A DNA stretch of 64,000 nt from Chiloscyllium plagiosum (Eukaryota): the NCBI RefSeq assembly GCF_004010195.1, contig NW_025215215.1, positions 8,539 to 72,538 on the forward strand, in the 5' to 3' direction. Under the pieces are notes generated by a model. That model was not told the origin of the DNA. It ran no database searches and saw nothing but the letters and a program-made list of their open reading frames with translations. Of this stretch, positions 51,345 through 63,290 are shown piece by piece. The translations under genes and the position numbers were made by a program. Positions within the stretch are counted from its first letter, which is position 1; every line of letters begins with the position of its first letter.

Positions 51345-53460
51345 GGGCCTATTGTTCTCATCCACCATACATAAGGTTGAGGAGGCAAGGGTTGGACAGT
51401 GCTCCAGAAGATTGCAAGATAACCAGGGTGGAACTGAAGAATGAACTCTGGAGAGATAAAAGTGTGCATAGTAAAGGAGTGGTGGGTAGAATTAAGGTAA
51501 AACTTAAGACGTTCTGCACTTATGTGAGGAACAAGAGGATGGCCAGTGTAGGGCTGATCAGTGATAGTGGAGGGAACTTGCGCCAGGAGTTGGAGGAGGT
51601 AGGGGAAGTTCTTAAAGAATGTTTGCTTCAATATTCACTAATGAGAGGGACCTTGACGTTTCTGAGGACAGCATGAAACAGACGGATATGCTAGAACAGG
51701 AGGATGTGTTGAAAAGTTTGAGAAACACACGAATAGATAAATTTATTTGGCCAAACAGGATATTCCCTTGGATACTATAGGAAGCGAGAAGAGATTGCTG
51801 CGCATTTTTCGATGATCTTTGCATCCTCACTGTCCACTGGAGTCGTGCCAGATGACAGGAGACTGGCAAAAGTTAATGCCTGTTTCAAGAAAGGGAATAG
51901 GGATAATCCTGGGAATTATTGGCTAACCAGTCTTACACCAGTGACGGGCAAAGTATTGGAGAGGATTTGAGAGACAGGATTTATGAATACTTGGAAAATT
52001 ATAAATGATTAGAGAAAGTCAACATGGCTTTGTGAGGAGCAGGTCATGCCTCATAGATCTTATTGAATTCCTTAAGGATGTGGCAAAACAGATTGATGAA
52101 TTAGAGCAGTGGATGTGGTATATATGGATTTTAACAAGGCGTTTGACAAAGTTATCCACAGTAAGCCCATTCACAATATAAGGAGGCATGGCTTACAGGG
52201 AGGTCTGGATGTCTGGATGCAGAATTGGCTGGCCCACAGAAGACAGAAGGTGGTGGTAGATGGAACAGATGCAGCCTGGAGCTTGGTGACTAACTTGGTG
52301 ATCTGTTCTGGGACTTCTCCTCTTTGTGATTTTTTTTTTTTAGAGAGTTGGACGACGAATTGGAAGGGTAGGTTCATAGGTTCGCCGATGTCACGAACTT
52401 TGGTTAGTATGGAGGGCTGTTGTAGGTTTCAACAGGACATTGACATAACTGAGCTGATGAGTGACAGATCGAGATAAACCTGGAACAGCGGGATCTTGGG
52501 GTCCATGTCTATAGATCCTCAAAGTTGCCATCCAGGTTGGTGTTGTTGTTTAGAAGGCGTATGATGTGTTGGCTTTCACAACCGGGGAGATCAGTTTCAG
52601 AGCTGTGAGGTTATGCTGCAGCTCTATAATCCCACTGTTTAACCGACTGTGATGAAGTTGAATGCTGTTCTGCATTGAGAGCTTCAAGTACTTGTCATAT
52701 GACTAGCTAATATTTTCAGAGTGTACTGGATTGAAACTATATGACATCTGGCTGTGAAACAGATATGTTGAGATTTGGTTGCTATTTTGACAACTATTCG
52801 AATTTAAACAATCAAGTTGAAATTATGTCCCACTATACTAAACCCAATCGATTTTAAATTTATTGTTTTGCCAACATCAACCAAGGAGATGAGCTGATGT
52901 TGAGGGAATAAAGAAGCACGCATTTTGGAAGTTAGACAGAGAATAAACTGCCATCATGAGAGTCTGCCATGAACAACATTCTCTGTGCAAGATTCATTTT
53001 TTGGACGAAAACCCCTTGCATTAAAAGACAGAACATGACCCAGGGAGATATTCAGTGGAAAGAAGGACAGCATTGGAGACTACAGCCACTGTCTGGTTTA
53101 TGTAATTTTAATACAGTTTTTCTTTAATTGGAAGAGTATATTGTCAAAGGTGAAGGAAGATAACAGTTCAGAGAAAGGGAAGCTTAGAGTTGGGAATAAC
53201 TGTTGTTGTTCAATGTTCACTTTTAGAATTAAGGAATACATTGATATTATTTCCTGTTAAGTAGCGGAATTTGCGAGCTCTCTGTCACTCGACTTTAACG
53301 GATTATGAGCGAGGTGAGCTTTTCTCAGTGTGTGGTTTAATTAGCAGAAGGGTTCATCGCCGTGTCATAACACCACACTTGTAATACCGTGTTCTGGTCC
53401 CCTCATTAAAGGAAAGAGGTGGAAGCTATAGAGAGAATGCAGAGAATTATCTATTGAACA
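51345..53460 (+). mobile_element. CR1 LINE ORF2 remnant interrupted by a solo LTR
   Basis: ORFs 51377..51676 and 52109..52477 (DVVYMDFNKAFDKV); CR1 resumes at 53373 (ccacacttgtaatacc). Confidence 0.88.
52648..53372. mobile_element. Solo LTR (725 bp)
   Basis: Inverted termini TGTGATGA...TCATAACA (7/8 match), flanks CGAC/CCAC (imperfect 4-bp TSD), internal AATAAA; interrupts CR1 cleanly. Confidence 0.8.
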
Positions 53461-53640
53461 GCAGAAAGATTGACACAAGCCACACAGAGTGAGTGAAATA
53501 CTGAGAAAGTCACTACGTGAAAAACTAAACACTGGCAGATTCGCGATGTCAGTGTGACAGTGGGTGCAGTGCGTCTGTATTGATGACTGGGTATCTGTGT
53601 GTGCATGTGCATCTGTGTATCGGTGTTTGTCTATGTGTGC

Positions 53641-53730
53641 TGAAAATGTGTTGCTGGAAAAGCGCAGCAGGTCAGGCAGCATCCAAAGAGCAGGAGAATC
53701 GACGTTTCGGGATGAGCCCTTCTTCAGGAA
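53641..53730 (-). mobile_element. 90-bp PLE-derived hammerhead mini-insertion with perfect 15-bp TSD
   Basis: tttgtctatgtgtgc at 53626-53640 and 53731-53745; minus strand reads ttc-CTGAAGA-aGGGctcatCCC-GAAA-CG-TC-gatt. Confidence 0.92.
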
Positions 53731-53759
53731 TTTGTCTATGTGTGCCTGTATTATTATAT

Positions 53760-55250
53760 GTGCTATTGCATTAGTCTCCGTGTGTGTCTGTCCATCTATA
53801 TTCATCTCTGTGTGTCGCTGCATGTCTGATTTTGTCACTGTGTGTATCTGCATTTCTGCATTCATCACTGTGTATATCTGCATGTCTGTATTTGTCTCTG
53901 TGTGTATCTGCATGTCTGTATTTGCCTCTGTGCGTATCTGCGTGCCTGTGTTTGTGTCTGTGTGCACCTGCATGTCTGTATTCGTCTCTGTGTGTTTCCA
54001 ACTGTCTATGTTCACCTCGATGTGTATCTGCGTGTCTGTATTCATCTCTGTGTTTATATGCCTATCTCTGCGTGTAGCAGTGCGTCTGTTTTTGTCTCTG
54101 TATACCGGATTATCTGTGTTTAACTCTATGTGTATACGTGTATCCGTATTCGTCTCGGTTGGTATCTCTGTGACTTTATTCATCTCTGTGTGTAACTGCG
54201 AGTCTATATTTGTCTTGCTGTGTATCTGCGTGCCTATATTTGTCTTTCTGTGTATCTGTGTGTCTGTAGTCGTCTCTGTGTGCATCTATGTGTCTGCATT
54301 CATCTCTGAATCTGTGTGTCTGTATTCATCTCTATGTGCATCTGCGTGCCTGTATTCATGTGTGTGTGTCATTAAATTCGTCTCTGTGTGTATCTGCGAG
54401 TCTCTATGTGTAACTGCGCGTCTGTGTTTGTCTCTGTGTGTATATGTGTGTCTGTTTTCATCTCTGTGTGTATTTATGTGTCTGTATTCATCTCTGCGGG
54501 CATCTGTGTGACTCTATTCGTCTCTGTATGTATCTGCATGTCTCTGTATGCATCTGCGTGTTTGTGTTTGTCTATGTGCGTATCTGCGTGTCTGTATTCA
54601 TCTTGCGTGTATCTGCGTGTCTCTATCCATCTCTCTGTCTATCTGCGTGTTTCTGTGTGTATCTTCATCTCTGCATCCGTCTCTGTGTCCATCTGTGTGC
54701 CTACATACATGTCTGTATCTGCATGTGTTTATTCGTCTCTATGTCTATCTGCATGCCGGTATTCATGTGTGAGTATCTGTGTGTCTGTATTCGTCTCTGC
54801 GTGTATCTGCGGGTCTGTGTTTGTCTCTGTGTGCATCTGTGTGTCTGTGTTCATCTCTGTGTGTATCCATGCGTCTGTATTCATCCCTATGGGCATCTGT
54901 GTGAGTCTATTCGGTCTTTGTATGTATCTGCATGTCTATATTTGTCTCTGTGTGTATCTGCGTGTCTGTATTCATCTCTGTACCTGCGTGTCTGTATTCG
55001 TCTCTATTTGTATCTGCATGCCTGTATTCATCTCTGTTGTGTATCTGCCTGTCTGCATTTGTCTCTGTGTGCCTGTATTTGTTTCTGTGTCTCGCTGCAC
55101 ATCTGTATTCGTCTCTCTATGCGCCTGTGCAACTGCATTCATCTCTGTGTGTCTGTATTTGTCTCTGTGTGTATTTGCGTGTCTGTTTTCATCTCTGCGT
55201 TTTGTCTGCGTGCCTGCATTCGTCTCTGTGTGTATCTATGTGTCCATGGG
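53760..55250. repeat. ~30-bp TG-rich minisatellite (~45-50 degenerate units)
   Basis: Unit ~catgtctgtatttgtctctgtgtgtatctg, in strict 30-bp register from ~53790 to ~54310 and looser beyond. Confidence 0.93.
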
Positions 55251-56102
55251 CACAGCAGATCTGTCATCCTCTCTGGTGTTTAAAGTGATGCAATGTCCCC
55301 CTCTGCTGGCCTTCACACTCCTCTGCGTTGACAGCACCGCAGGGTGACAACCATCAGGGAATTCAGAGGGGGAGGGAGGCAGCTCATAGCGCCATTCAAA
55401 CTGACAAAACCATCTGCACACGCACACACACACACACACAGTTTGGAAAATGGAGGATTGTAATCGTACTGAGGACCTTTAGAGTGTAGAATGTTCATGT
55501 AAAGTTATGTTTATGGTCTTTCTGCAATGTGGAAGGGATTTGTCTTTGAAGATTATTCATGACACAGAGTGCACAAATTAAAGAATATTTCCACCGCAAA
55601 TGCATCCAAGCAAGGTTGACGGAACCATTTGTAAGTCAATGCAATGAATATATTGCACGTTCACTATCTTGAAATGTTTTACAATATACTCCTACAAATT
55701 ATAAATGAAAAAAGATTGAAAAGTCCTGAACCTGACTCAGTGGTGGTGATAATATCTCAGGAACTATATCGCTAGGTATCAGACGAAACTGCTCTGTGCT
55801 TCCAAAGACGTTATTTGAAAAACCAAACAGCCATGCAATGAGAGAGATTGACAGTATTTGATGTTCACTGAAAGAAACAAAATAAAATTGACACTAGTGC
55901 AAAGACATGGGGAGGCGAGCAGAGGGTGGCATTGTGTAACTACAAACTTAACAGGGACAGACGTAGAGGTGTGGGGGGTGGTGAGGGGTTGATCTCAATT
56001 TCAATGAATTTACCCCAAAAAACGGCAAGACCTCGTCTCATGGAGATACACGCAAACATACACAGATACGTTAAACACACAACACATATACATATAGATA
56101 TG

Positions 56103-56227
56103 AGGAGAAAGTGAGGTCTGCAGATGCTGGAAATCAGAGATGGAAATGTGTTGCTGGAAAAGCGCAGCAGGTCAGGCAGCATCTAGGGAACAGGAGAATC
56201 GATGTTTCGGGCATTAGCCCTTCCTGA
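56103..56227 (-). mobile_element. PLE-derived hammerhead-tail mini-insertion
   Basis: ggagaaagtgaggtctgcagatgctgg...gaatcgatgtttcgggcattagcccttc, same family as 38706 and 53641. Confidence 0.88.
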
Positions 56228-56239
56228 GTCTTTTTCATA

Positions 56240-58170
56240 GAGTGAAAATGGCTAAAACGAGGAAAACATAATTTTAATGTGATCGAAGGAAGGTTTTGGG
56301 GAGATGTAAGAGGTAGGTTGTTTACACAAGTAGTGATAGGTGCGTGGAATGCACTGCCAGCAGTGGTAGTAGAATCAGCTACATTAGGGATATTCAAGTA
56401 ACTCTTGGATAGGCACATAGATTATAATAGGATGAAGGCTCTGCAGTTTAGTTTAATCTTAGAGTAGGATAAAAGGTCGGCACAACATTGGGGGCTGAAG
56501 GGCTCTTACTGTGCTGTACTGTTCAATGTTCGTAGTTACAATTTCTTGAACTCTTGTGAAAATATTGTACCTGGAATTCCTTTAACTTCAGTGGAGGTTA
56601 ATCTGGTCAGTATTTGATTTTCGAGGGTTAATGGAAATTTGGGGAGGTTTGAGGGGCGGAATGGTCTATATCTGTTCGTAACCATTGTGTCAAAAGAATG
56701 ATGTTTGTTTTGAGGGGAACTCATTTTGAGAGTAAGGGCGTTCCTATTTCAGACGGGGAAAGAGATGTTCCTTTCTCTTTAGGATTGTTTGGTCTGTGTT
56801 CTTCTCATGCCCAAGGAGCATTGAAGACTGGGTTAATGAAATCACTCAAGGAGGAGTTATATAGATCGTTGATGAAAAAGAGAATCAATGTTTGTTGGGA
56901 ACACAGTGAAAGGGATGCTTAGTTACAATCACATCAACAATGCCCATTCTGAATTGTGCAGCAGGCTCGAGGGGCTGAATGGCTACCTGCTGCTCTTGCT
57001 TCATGTGTTGTTCACTCACTCAACCCCGCAATGCTGTTACAGAAGGTGAGGAAGATCGCATTCAGCCATTCTGGATCAATTCAAGAAACATGTGGTGACC
57101 TTTCTGTCCCTCTAAGGATTTACAAAGGAATAGGATGAACCTCTTCAGCCATTTCAGTACATTACGCAGCACAAGAGGACGTCACACCTACTTTCTAGAT
57201 TGCTACACAGGAAAAGGGGAGCCCTGGGTAACTATCAGGAAATAGATAGTCAAGAGAAATGTATATTTGCGGGTTGGAAATCTTTAACTTGGTGAAGTGC
57301 CTCAGAGATCAGTGCAACATCAAAAGCTATTTAGAATCTGTAAATGATTTGCTTGTTGGGATTGATTGGATGGAACTCAATTGCCTCAACCACGAAGATA
57401 CGATAAGATGTCAAGTGGAGGAAGAGAGTCTGTAATGTGATATAGGCATGGAATGTTAGTATACAAACCTTCAGCAGAAACAGGATAACAAGGGCTACCG
57501 AAGTTTGTGCTGTGGCAGAAGGGTAAAACAACAGTAAACTAATTAAAAGAAGAGAGAGCACAAAACTCAGTTGTACAAAGGCATTTGTTCACCCTGATAC
57601 ATACATCACACGTGGTTAGTATGCCAATGCAACAAGTAATTAGGAAGGTATATGGAATGATTACTTCATGAAAAGGCTATCAGGATGTTTTACTGCATCT
57701 GTACAGGGGATGTATGAGTCAACATCTGATGTATTGTGAGCTGTGATGATTCCATAAACTGAAAAATAAATATACTCAATAGATTTATAAGCTTTGCGAA
57801 GGAAGGCCTTATTCTGTCATACTGCACGGAAACAGACCCTTCGCTGCACCATGTCCATGCCGACCAGATGTCCTAACTTAATCACGTTCCATTTGCCAGC
57901 ACTTGGCCCATATCCCATAAAACCTTCGTGTTAACTCAAATGGCTTCATTCAAATGGCTTTAAATACTGTAGCTGTCCCAGCCTCCAACATTTCCTCCGG
58001 CAGTTCATTCTATACACTCTGTGAAAAGTTACCACTTTTGTCCCTTTTAAATCTTTCTCCCCTCACCTTCAATCTATGTGCTCTAGTTTTGGACTGCCCT
58101 AAGCTAGGAAAATGTTCTTGGATCTTCACCATTTCCTTGCTCTTCATGATGTTATAAACCTCTATAAGAC
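56240..58170. mobile_element. CR1 3' fragments (plus 56240-56535, 56720-57010, 57430-57780; minus 57820-58170)
   Basis: Typical CR1 3' ORF2/UTR phrases, e.g. gatgtaagaggtaggttgtttacacaagtagtgataggtgcgtggaatgcactgcc. Confidence 0.72.
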
Positions 58171-59767
58171 GAGAGCACTTCAGGATTGAGAACGAGAGGC
58201 GTTCGTATTGAACCGTATAAGATATTGAGGAGAGTGTATCTGGTGCATAGCCTATGGACATTTTCTCTGGTATGGGAGTCTAGAACTGAGGATTCAAATT
58301 TAAGAAAACAACATGTATATGTTATATACTCTTTTCATAGTATAAGAAAACAAGTACTATGAAGACATGATTTTATTGGATAAAAATATGAGGAGACATA
58401 CAAACGTATCTTCATTAAAACTCCTACATGGAGCAGAGAATAGGGAGAGTCATACAGTTCCGAGAATGTTAAAAGAGGCCTCACGTGGTCCAGTTTGGTG
58501 TTCAGATAACATTATTGTATATTTCTGCTCCGAGATGGAGGAAATGCAACATGCTGGAGAAGCCACTGCTTATTGCTCCCTTTCTTTTCTTGTTCCTTCT
58601 CGCAGAAATTTATGATAGGTGAAAACCGTTCAGTCATCTTTATCATTCATGTAGGATTACTGTTGAGGAATCATTGGCATCTCCCTACTGCCTAAATTCA
58701 AAGGTATTTCAGCCAATTCCGACTGGTCCAGGAATAAATCCTGCTTGTGTGAGCAGAACAACCTCAGAGGCAGAACAACATTTAATTATTTTACTTTTGT
58801 CTTGAGTTTAACTATTGTTTGGACAAAGCTCTTTCAAGCTGATATTTTGCAGGGTTTTTTTTTTCCTGCTTGTATTTAGGCATGTGTATGTGTGTGTCTG
58901 TGTGCACTTGCGTGTGTGAGACACTGTGTATGTCTTAGTGTGTGTTTGTGTGTATGCACAGACTGCATCTCAGCATGCGTTGAAAGATAAATATTAATGT
59001 AAATATTTATCCAAACTGTTTGCAATATATTTTTCCATCTTAGCTTTCAGTAACTTTGCTTTGGTGAATTATTTTTGCAAATGTAAGATATTGAGATGAC
59101 TTGTCCCCAGCAAAGAACCTGACCTAGTTTGAGACCTATAACGTTGGTCATATCAATGAAGCAGAGTGAAGCAGACTCTACTCAGATAGACTGCTCTATG
59201 TTGTTCTTCCTGGTTCCTTTGCTCATGGTACATATGTGTCACTTTAACTTGGTTTGCTGAACGTGAGAGGGAAAAGTGAATGGTTTGTGCCAAGTCTCAA
59301 GGAAATGCCTTCTATCCCTGAGAAGCCATTATTGCACTCCTATAGAGGTCAGAAGCTGGTGGGAATGGCAAACTATTTCAGGAGTAAGGCATTAAAGCTG
59401 CAAATAGATTTATGAACAGTGCAGAGACACACATCAACTGCACCTTGAGATGGTGGGAATTCATTCAGAGCCTGGAACTCCCTCTCAACCAACATGGGGT
59501 CTCCACACTGGTACGTGAATTACTGGGAATTACATATCATGGGGAAAATGCAATTTCTCACAAAATCACCATCTTTTTTCTGGACATAATAAATGTCAGT
59601 TCATAATCATCAAGTTTAAATGTAATTGCTTGTTATTCTCTCGCTGTGCTACGGATTTCGCTGGATTATACTCTGATATCTTTTATCAGTTAATTATCGT
59701 TTACACAATGTAATTCAATAATTTGCTTGCAAAGGTGGAAACATCTTATTGCACAGTTTATATGCCT

Positions 59768-59905
59768 TTGTCTGTGTGTGTGTCTGTGCGTGAGTGAGTG
59801 TGTGTGTGAGTGCGTGTGTGTGTGTGTGTCTGTGTGTGAGAGTGTGTGTAGGTGTTTGCATGTGTGTCTCTGTGTGTGAGTGCGCGTCTGTGTGTGTGGG
59901 TGAGA
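59768..59905 (+). repeat. Imperfect (TG)n microsatellite
   Basis: Directly visible. Confidence 0.9.
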
Positions 59906-60479
59906 GACATATTTAACAAAAATGATGTATGTGATATACAAAATTTATAAAACGTTAACATGTTATTTAGTCTTTGCTGAGATGTTATCTTCCCCTTCTT
60001 TCAACGTACACTCTGCCTCCTGCCTCTTCCTTGCATTCCCAGACCTAATCTGTAATTCTTATCGGGATGTATGTTATAAATTCCTGTTTCTTGTGTTCCC
60101 ATTTATTTCAGTTAATCAATTTTCTACCGGGAAACATATACATTGACCTGCTGGTTCTGTCAACAGCTGTTCCCTGTCATATTAATGGAGATAAAAGTTC
60201 TGGCCTCAGACCCACATTTCAACATATTAATCTGTTGCAAATACACTGTAAAAAGGACCACAACACACAGGGAATTGTCAAACCAAATACAGATGTACAT
60301 CTATATCTATCAGTCATGTAAACTTCTCTATTTTTATATCTCCATGTCTATATTCTCTCTCTCTCTCTGTTTCTCGATTTCTCTTTTAATCTAATTAATA
60401 AATCATCCAATCGTTCTTTCTGTCCCATGCCTCAGACTTCCCTCCTTCTGTTTACATCTATTGCTCACTTTTGGATGTG

Positions 60480-61262
60480 ATGTCTTATAATTGAGTAATG
60501 TAACTACAAGACATGAGGGACCAGTTGGCCAGAGTTAGTTGGAAGGGAAGCTGAGCACGGGAAGATGGTGAAGCAGCAATGGCAGAGGTATCTGGAGATA
60601 ATTCATCAGCACATCAGAAACTCATCCCAAGTAAGAAGAACAATATTCAGAAGAAGACAAGTCAGCCGTGAGTGATAACAAATTCAGGGAAAGCATAAAA
60701 ACAAAAGAAAATACACACAATGTGGTGAAGATTATTGGGAATCCAAAGGATTACGAAGTCTACAAATTCCAGCACGGATAGCTAATAACAGCAAATGGGA
60801 GGAGAGGGTGAAATATAATATTACACTTCTTAATCGTGTAAAAGAATATTGAAAGCATTTTTAGACATATAACAAGGAAGACAGGGAGTAAAAAACAAAC
60901 AAAGGACTGTTGGAAAATGAGGTTTGAGTAGTTATGGGAAGCAATGGAATGGCAGAGGAATTGAATAGATACTTTACATCAGTCTTCACGTGGAAGACAC
61001 CAGCAAAATGCTCGAACTTCAAGACAGTCAGGGTATAGAGGTGAGTATACTGACCTCAGTAAGTAGAAAGTGCTAGGGAACGTGAAGTTGAATCGATCAG
61101 CGAGACCAGTTGGACAACAGCTCGTAGTTCTAAAGAGATATCGAAGGTAATTGTGGAGGCATTGCTGGTGATCTTTCAGGAAACTTTGGAGTGAGGGAGG
61201 ACTGGTAAATGTAACCTCCCCGTTTAAGGAGAGAGGGACACAGAAGACAGGAAATTATAGAA
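60480..61262 (+). mobile_element. Old CR1 LINE mid-ORF2 remnant
   Basis: atggcagaggaattgaatagatactttacatcagtcttcac (MAEELNRYFTSVF) and ggaaattatag (GNYR) motifs. Confidence 0.75.
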
Positions 61263-61609
61263 GGACTTACTGGATCTTTGGGTTTATGAAAGGATGTGTG
61301 GAGTATAAGAACAAGGAAGTTGTGAAGTATATTGGAAATGGTGTGAATAAGCTATAGCATAACAAGAGTTACGTTTACAATGCCATTGCGAACATCAAAG
61401 ATGAAAGTACGGTTAAAACAAAGGAAATCAGTTCGAAGCAGACAGGAGCATTGTGACAAAAAGACTGTTTCCTAGATTCTGCAGTGAGAATGTTGAGATA
61501 AGCTTGTCAGTAAACAGACAACAAGGAATGCATAAAAAGCACAATAAAATCTGTTGCTGATAAGGTCTCAACGTACAACTTTGTAGCCAATACACATGAA
61601 GTTGAAAAA

Positions 61610-62715
61610 GCAAAGGAAGTGAGACAGCATCCTAGGAAGAGAAAAGTCAACGTTTCAGGCTGAAAGACTTCATCAGGATTGGGGTGGGAAAGGGGAGCAG
61701 GGAAGTAAATAGAGGGAGGGACGTGGGGCCGGTGGAAGGGTAGGTGGAATGGCGATAGGGGAAGGGAATTATTGTGCAGGCAGAGAATTATTGTGATTGG
61801 TCAGTGGGAAGGGTGCAACAGATATACGAATGGGAAGATGGACAGCTTTGGTCAGATCAGGGAAGGGGACATGGGGTAAGGCTGTGGGTGGAGAAATTTT
61901 GCAGCCAGTGAAATCAATATTGAGGCCATTGAGCTGTAAGGTCTCCAGCTGAAATATCAAGTTGTGTTCCCCAGTTTCTGTTTGGTTTCACTTTGAAAAT
62001 GGAGGAGGCCAAAGATGGACCAGTTGCCGGATGAGCAAGGGGAGGGGAGTGATTGAAATGGATGGCAACTGGAATGCTGTGTTTGTTAAAGCGTGCAGAG
62101 AACAGATGCTCCATGAATATGTCCCTGAGTCTCCCTTTCGTCTCCACAACATAGAGGAGACAATGTTGGGAGTTGGAGATGAGCTCGATGGGTCAGGATC
62201 AGTCTCTGTGTGGAGTATTAGTGCTCTGCACGAAACAAACAACCGGACTTTCCAGTTACCATTCATTTCAATTTCCACTCCCACTCGCCCGGCGACATGC
62301 TCATCCTTAGCCTGTCCACTGTCAGAGGAACACCACCTGAGAGTTTACCTTTGAAGCTGATAGCCCAATGGCCTCAATATTGAGTGAAGATGCTTCAAAA
62401 GACCTCCACCCACAGCCTTATCCCATGTCCCTTTTCCCTGACCAGACCCACGTGTATCTGCTCCGTCCTTCCCACTGACCAATCACAGTAACCTCATACC
62501 TGCATGTGCCTACCACCACCATACCTACCCGCCACCCTTCCATATCCCATCACTCCATTTCTGGGCACCCCACCTCCTCATCAGTCCTGTCGAAAGGTCC
62601 AAGATCAAAATAGTGCCTTTGCTGCTCCTCTGATTCTGTCTGGTTTTCTGTGTTTATCCAGCTCCAAGTTTATTAACTCTGGCCTCCCGCACCTATAGTA
62701 CTTCCTCTCTCCAAG
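61610..62715. mobile_element. Two Penelope-like 3' ends in tail-out inverted arrangement
   Basis: Minus copy ORF 61914..62147 (ETKGRLRDIFMEHL...PVAIHFN, GIY-YIG C-terminal part) with hammerhead remnant aatc-CTGATGA-agtctttcagcct-GAAA-cgtt-gact at 61645-61680; the plus copy at 62225-62715 mirrors it. Confidence 0.78.
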
Positions 62716-62814
62716 CTGTGGAACTAGGTGGTCTACATATTAGAAGAAATACATTTGGACATTTGAAAAGATCGCGGACACATTCGTTATTTCATAACAA
62801 CCCAATACACACCT

Positions 62815-63285
62815 TCTAGATGAAGCAGCATTTCATTTGTACTCTTTCAATCCAGTCTCCTGTCATTGCTGCTCGCAATGCAGCCTCCTTTACATTGGGG
62901 AAACCAAACAGAGGAACACTCCCACTCTGTCTGTGGAAATAACCCTGACATTCTCATTGCTTCCCATTTCAATAAAGTACCTTGCTGTCATGCTAACATT
63001 TCAGTCCTGGGCTGCTGTAATGCTCCAATGAAGCACAACTCAACCTCGAGTAACACCTCACTTTAGACCTTGGTACGTTCTAACCTGAAGGAGTTTTTAT
63101 TCAATTCCATACTTCCACAACCTGACCGCATTATGGCTGTTCTCCATTCTTCACGCATTCTTTCTCCTGGTCTCGCAAGGAACTTGCCCTGTTTGTGAAT
63201 CGTTTGTCTTGCAGTTAATTAAGGAACCTATTTCCCTCTTTCACAATCTAATTAATATTCATTTTAAATTTGATTCTCTTTTACC
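62815..63285 (+). mobile_element. Penelope-like GIY-YIG fragment, paralog of 19185-19660 and 15280-15600
   Basis: ORF 62837..63031 CSQCSLLYIGETKQR. Confidence 0.85.
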
Positions 63286-63290
63286 AGGTT

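Noticed and set aside
53365..55347. Long ORFs of 281-319 aa (Cys/Val- or Thr/His-rich)
   Set aside because: They are by-products of a stop-poor 30-bp TG-rich minisatellite, open in several frames on both strands.
58578..58625. Strong polypyrimidine tract + CAG acceptor on the plus strand
   Set aside because: It is followed within a few codons by stops or no recognisable protein, and has no partner exons.
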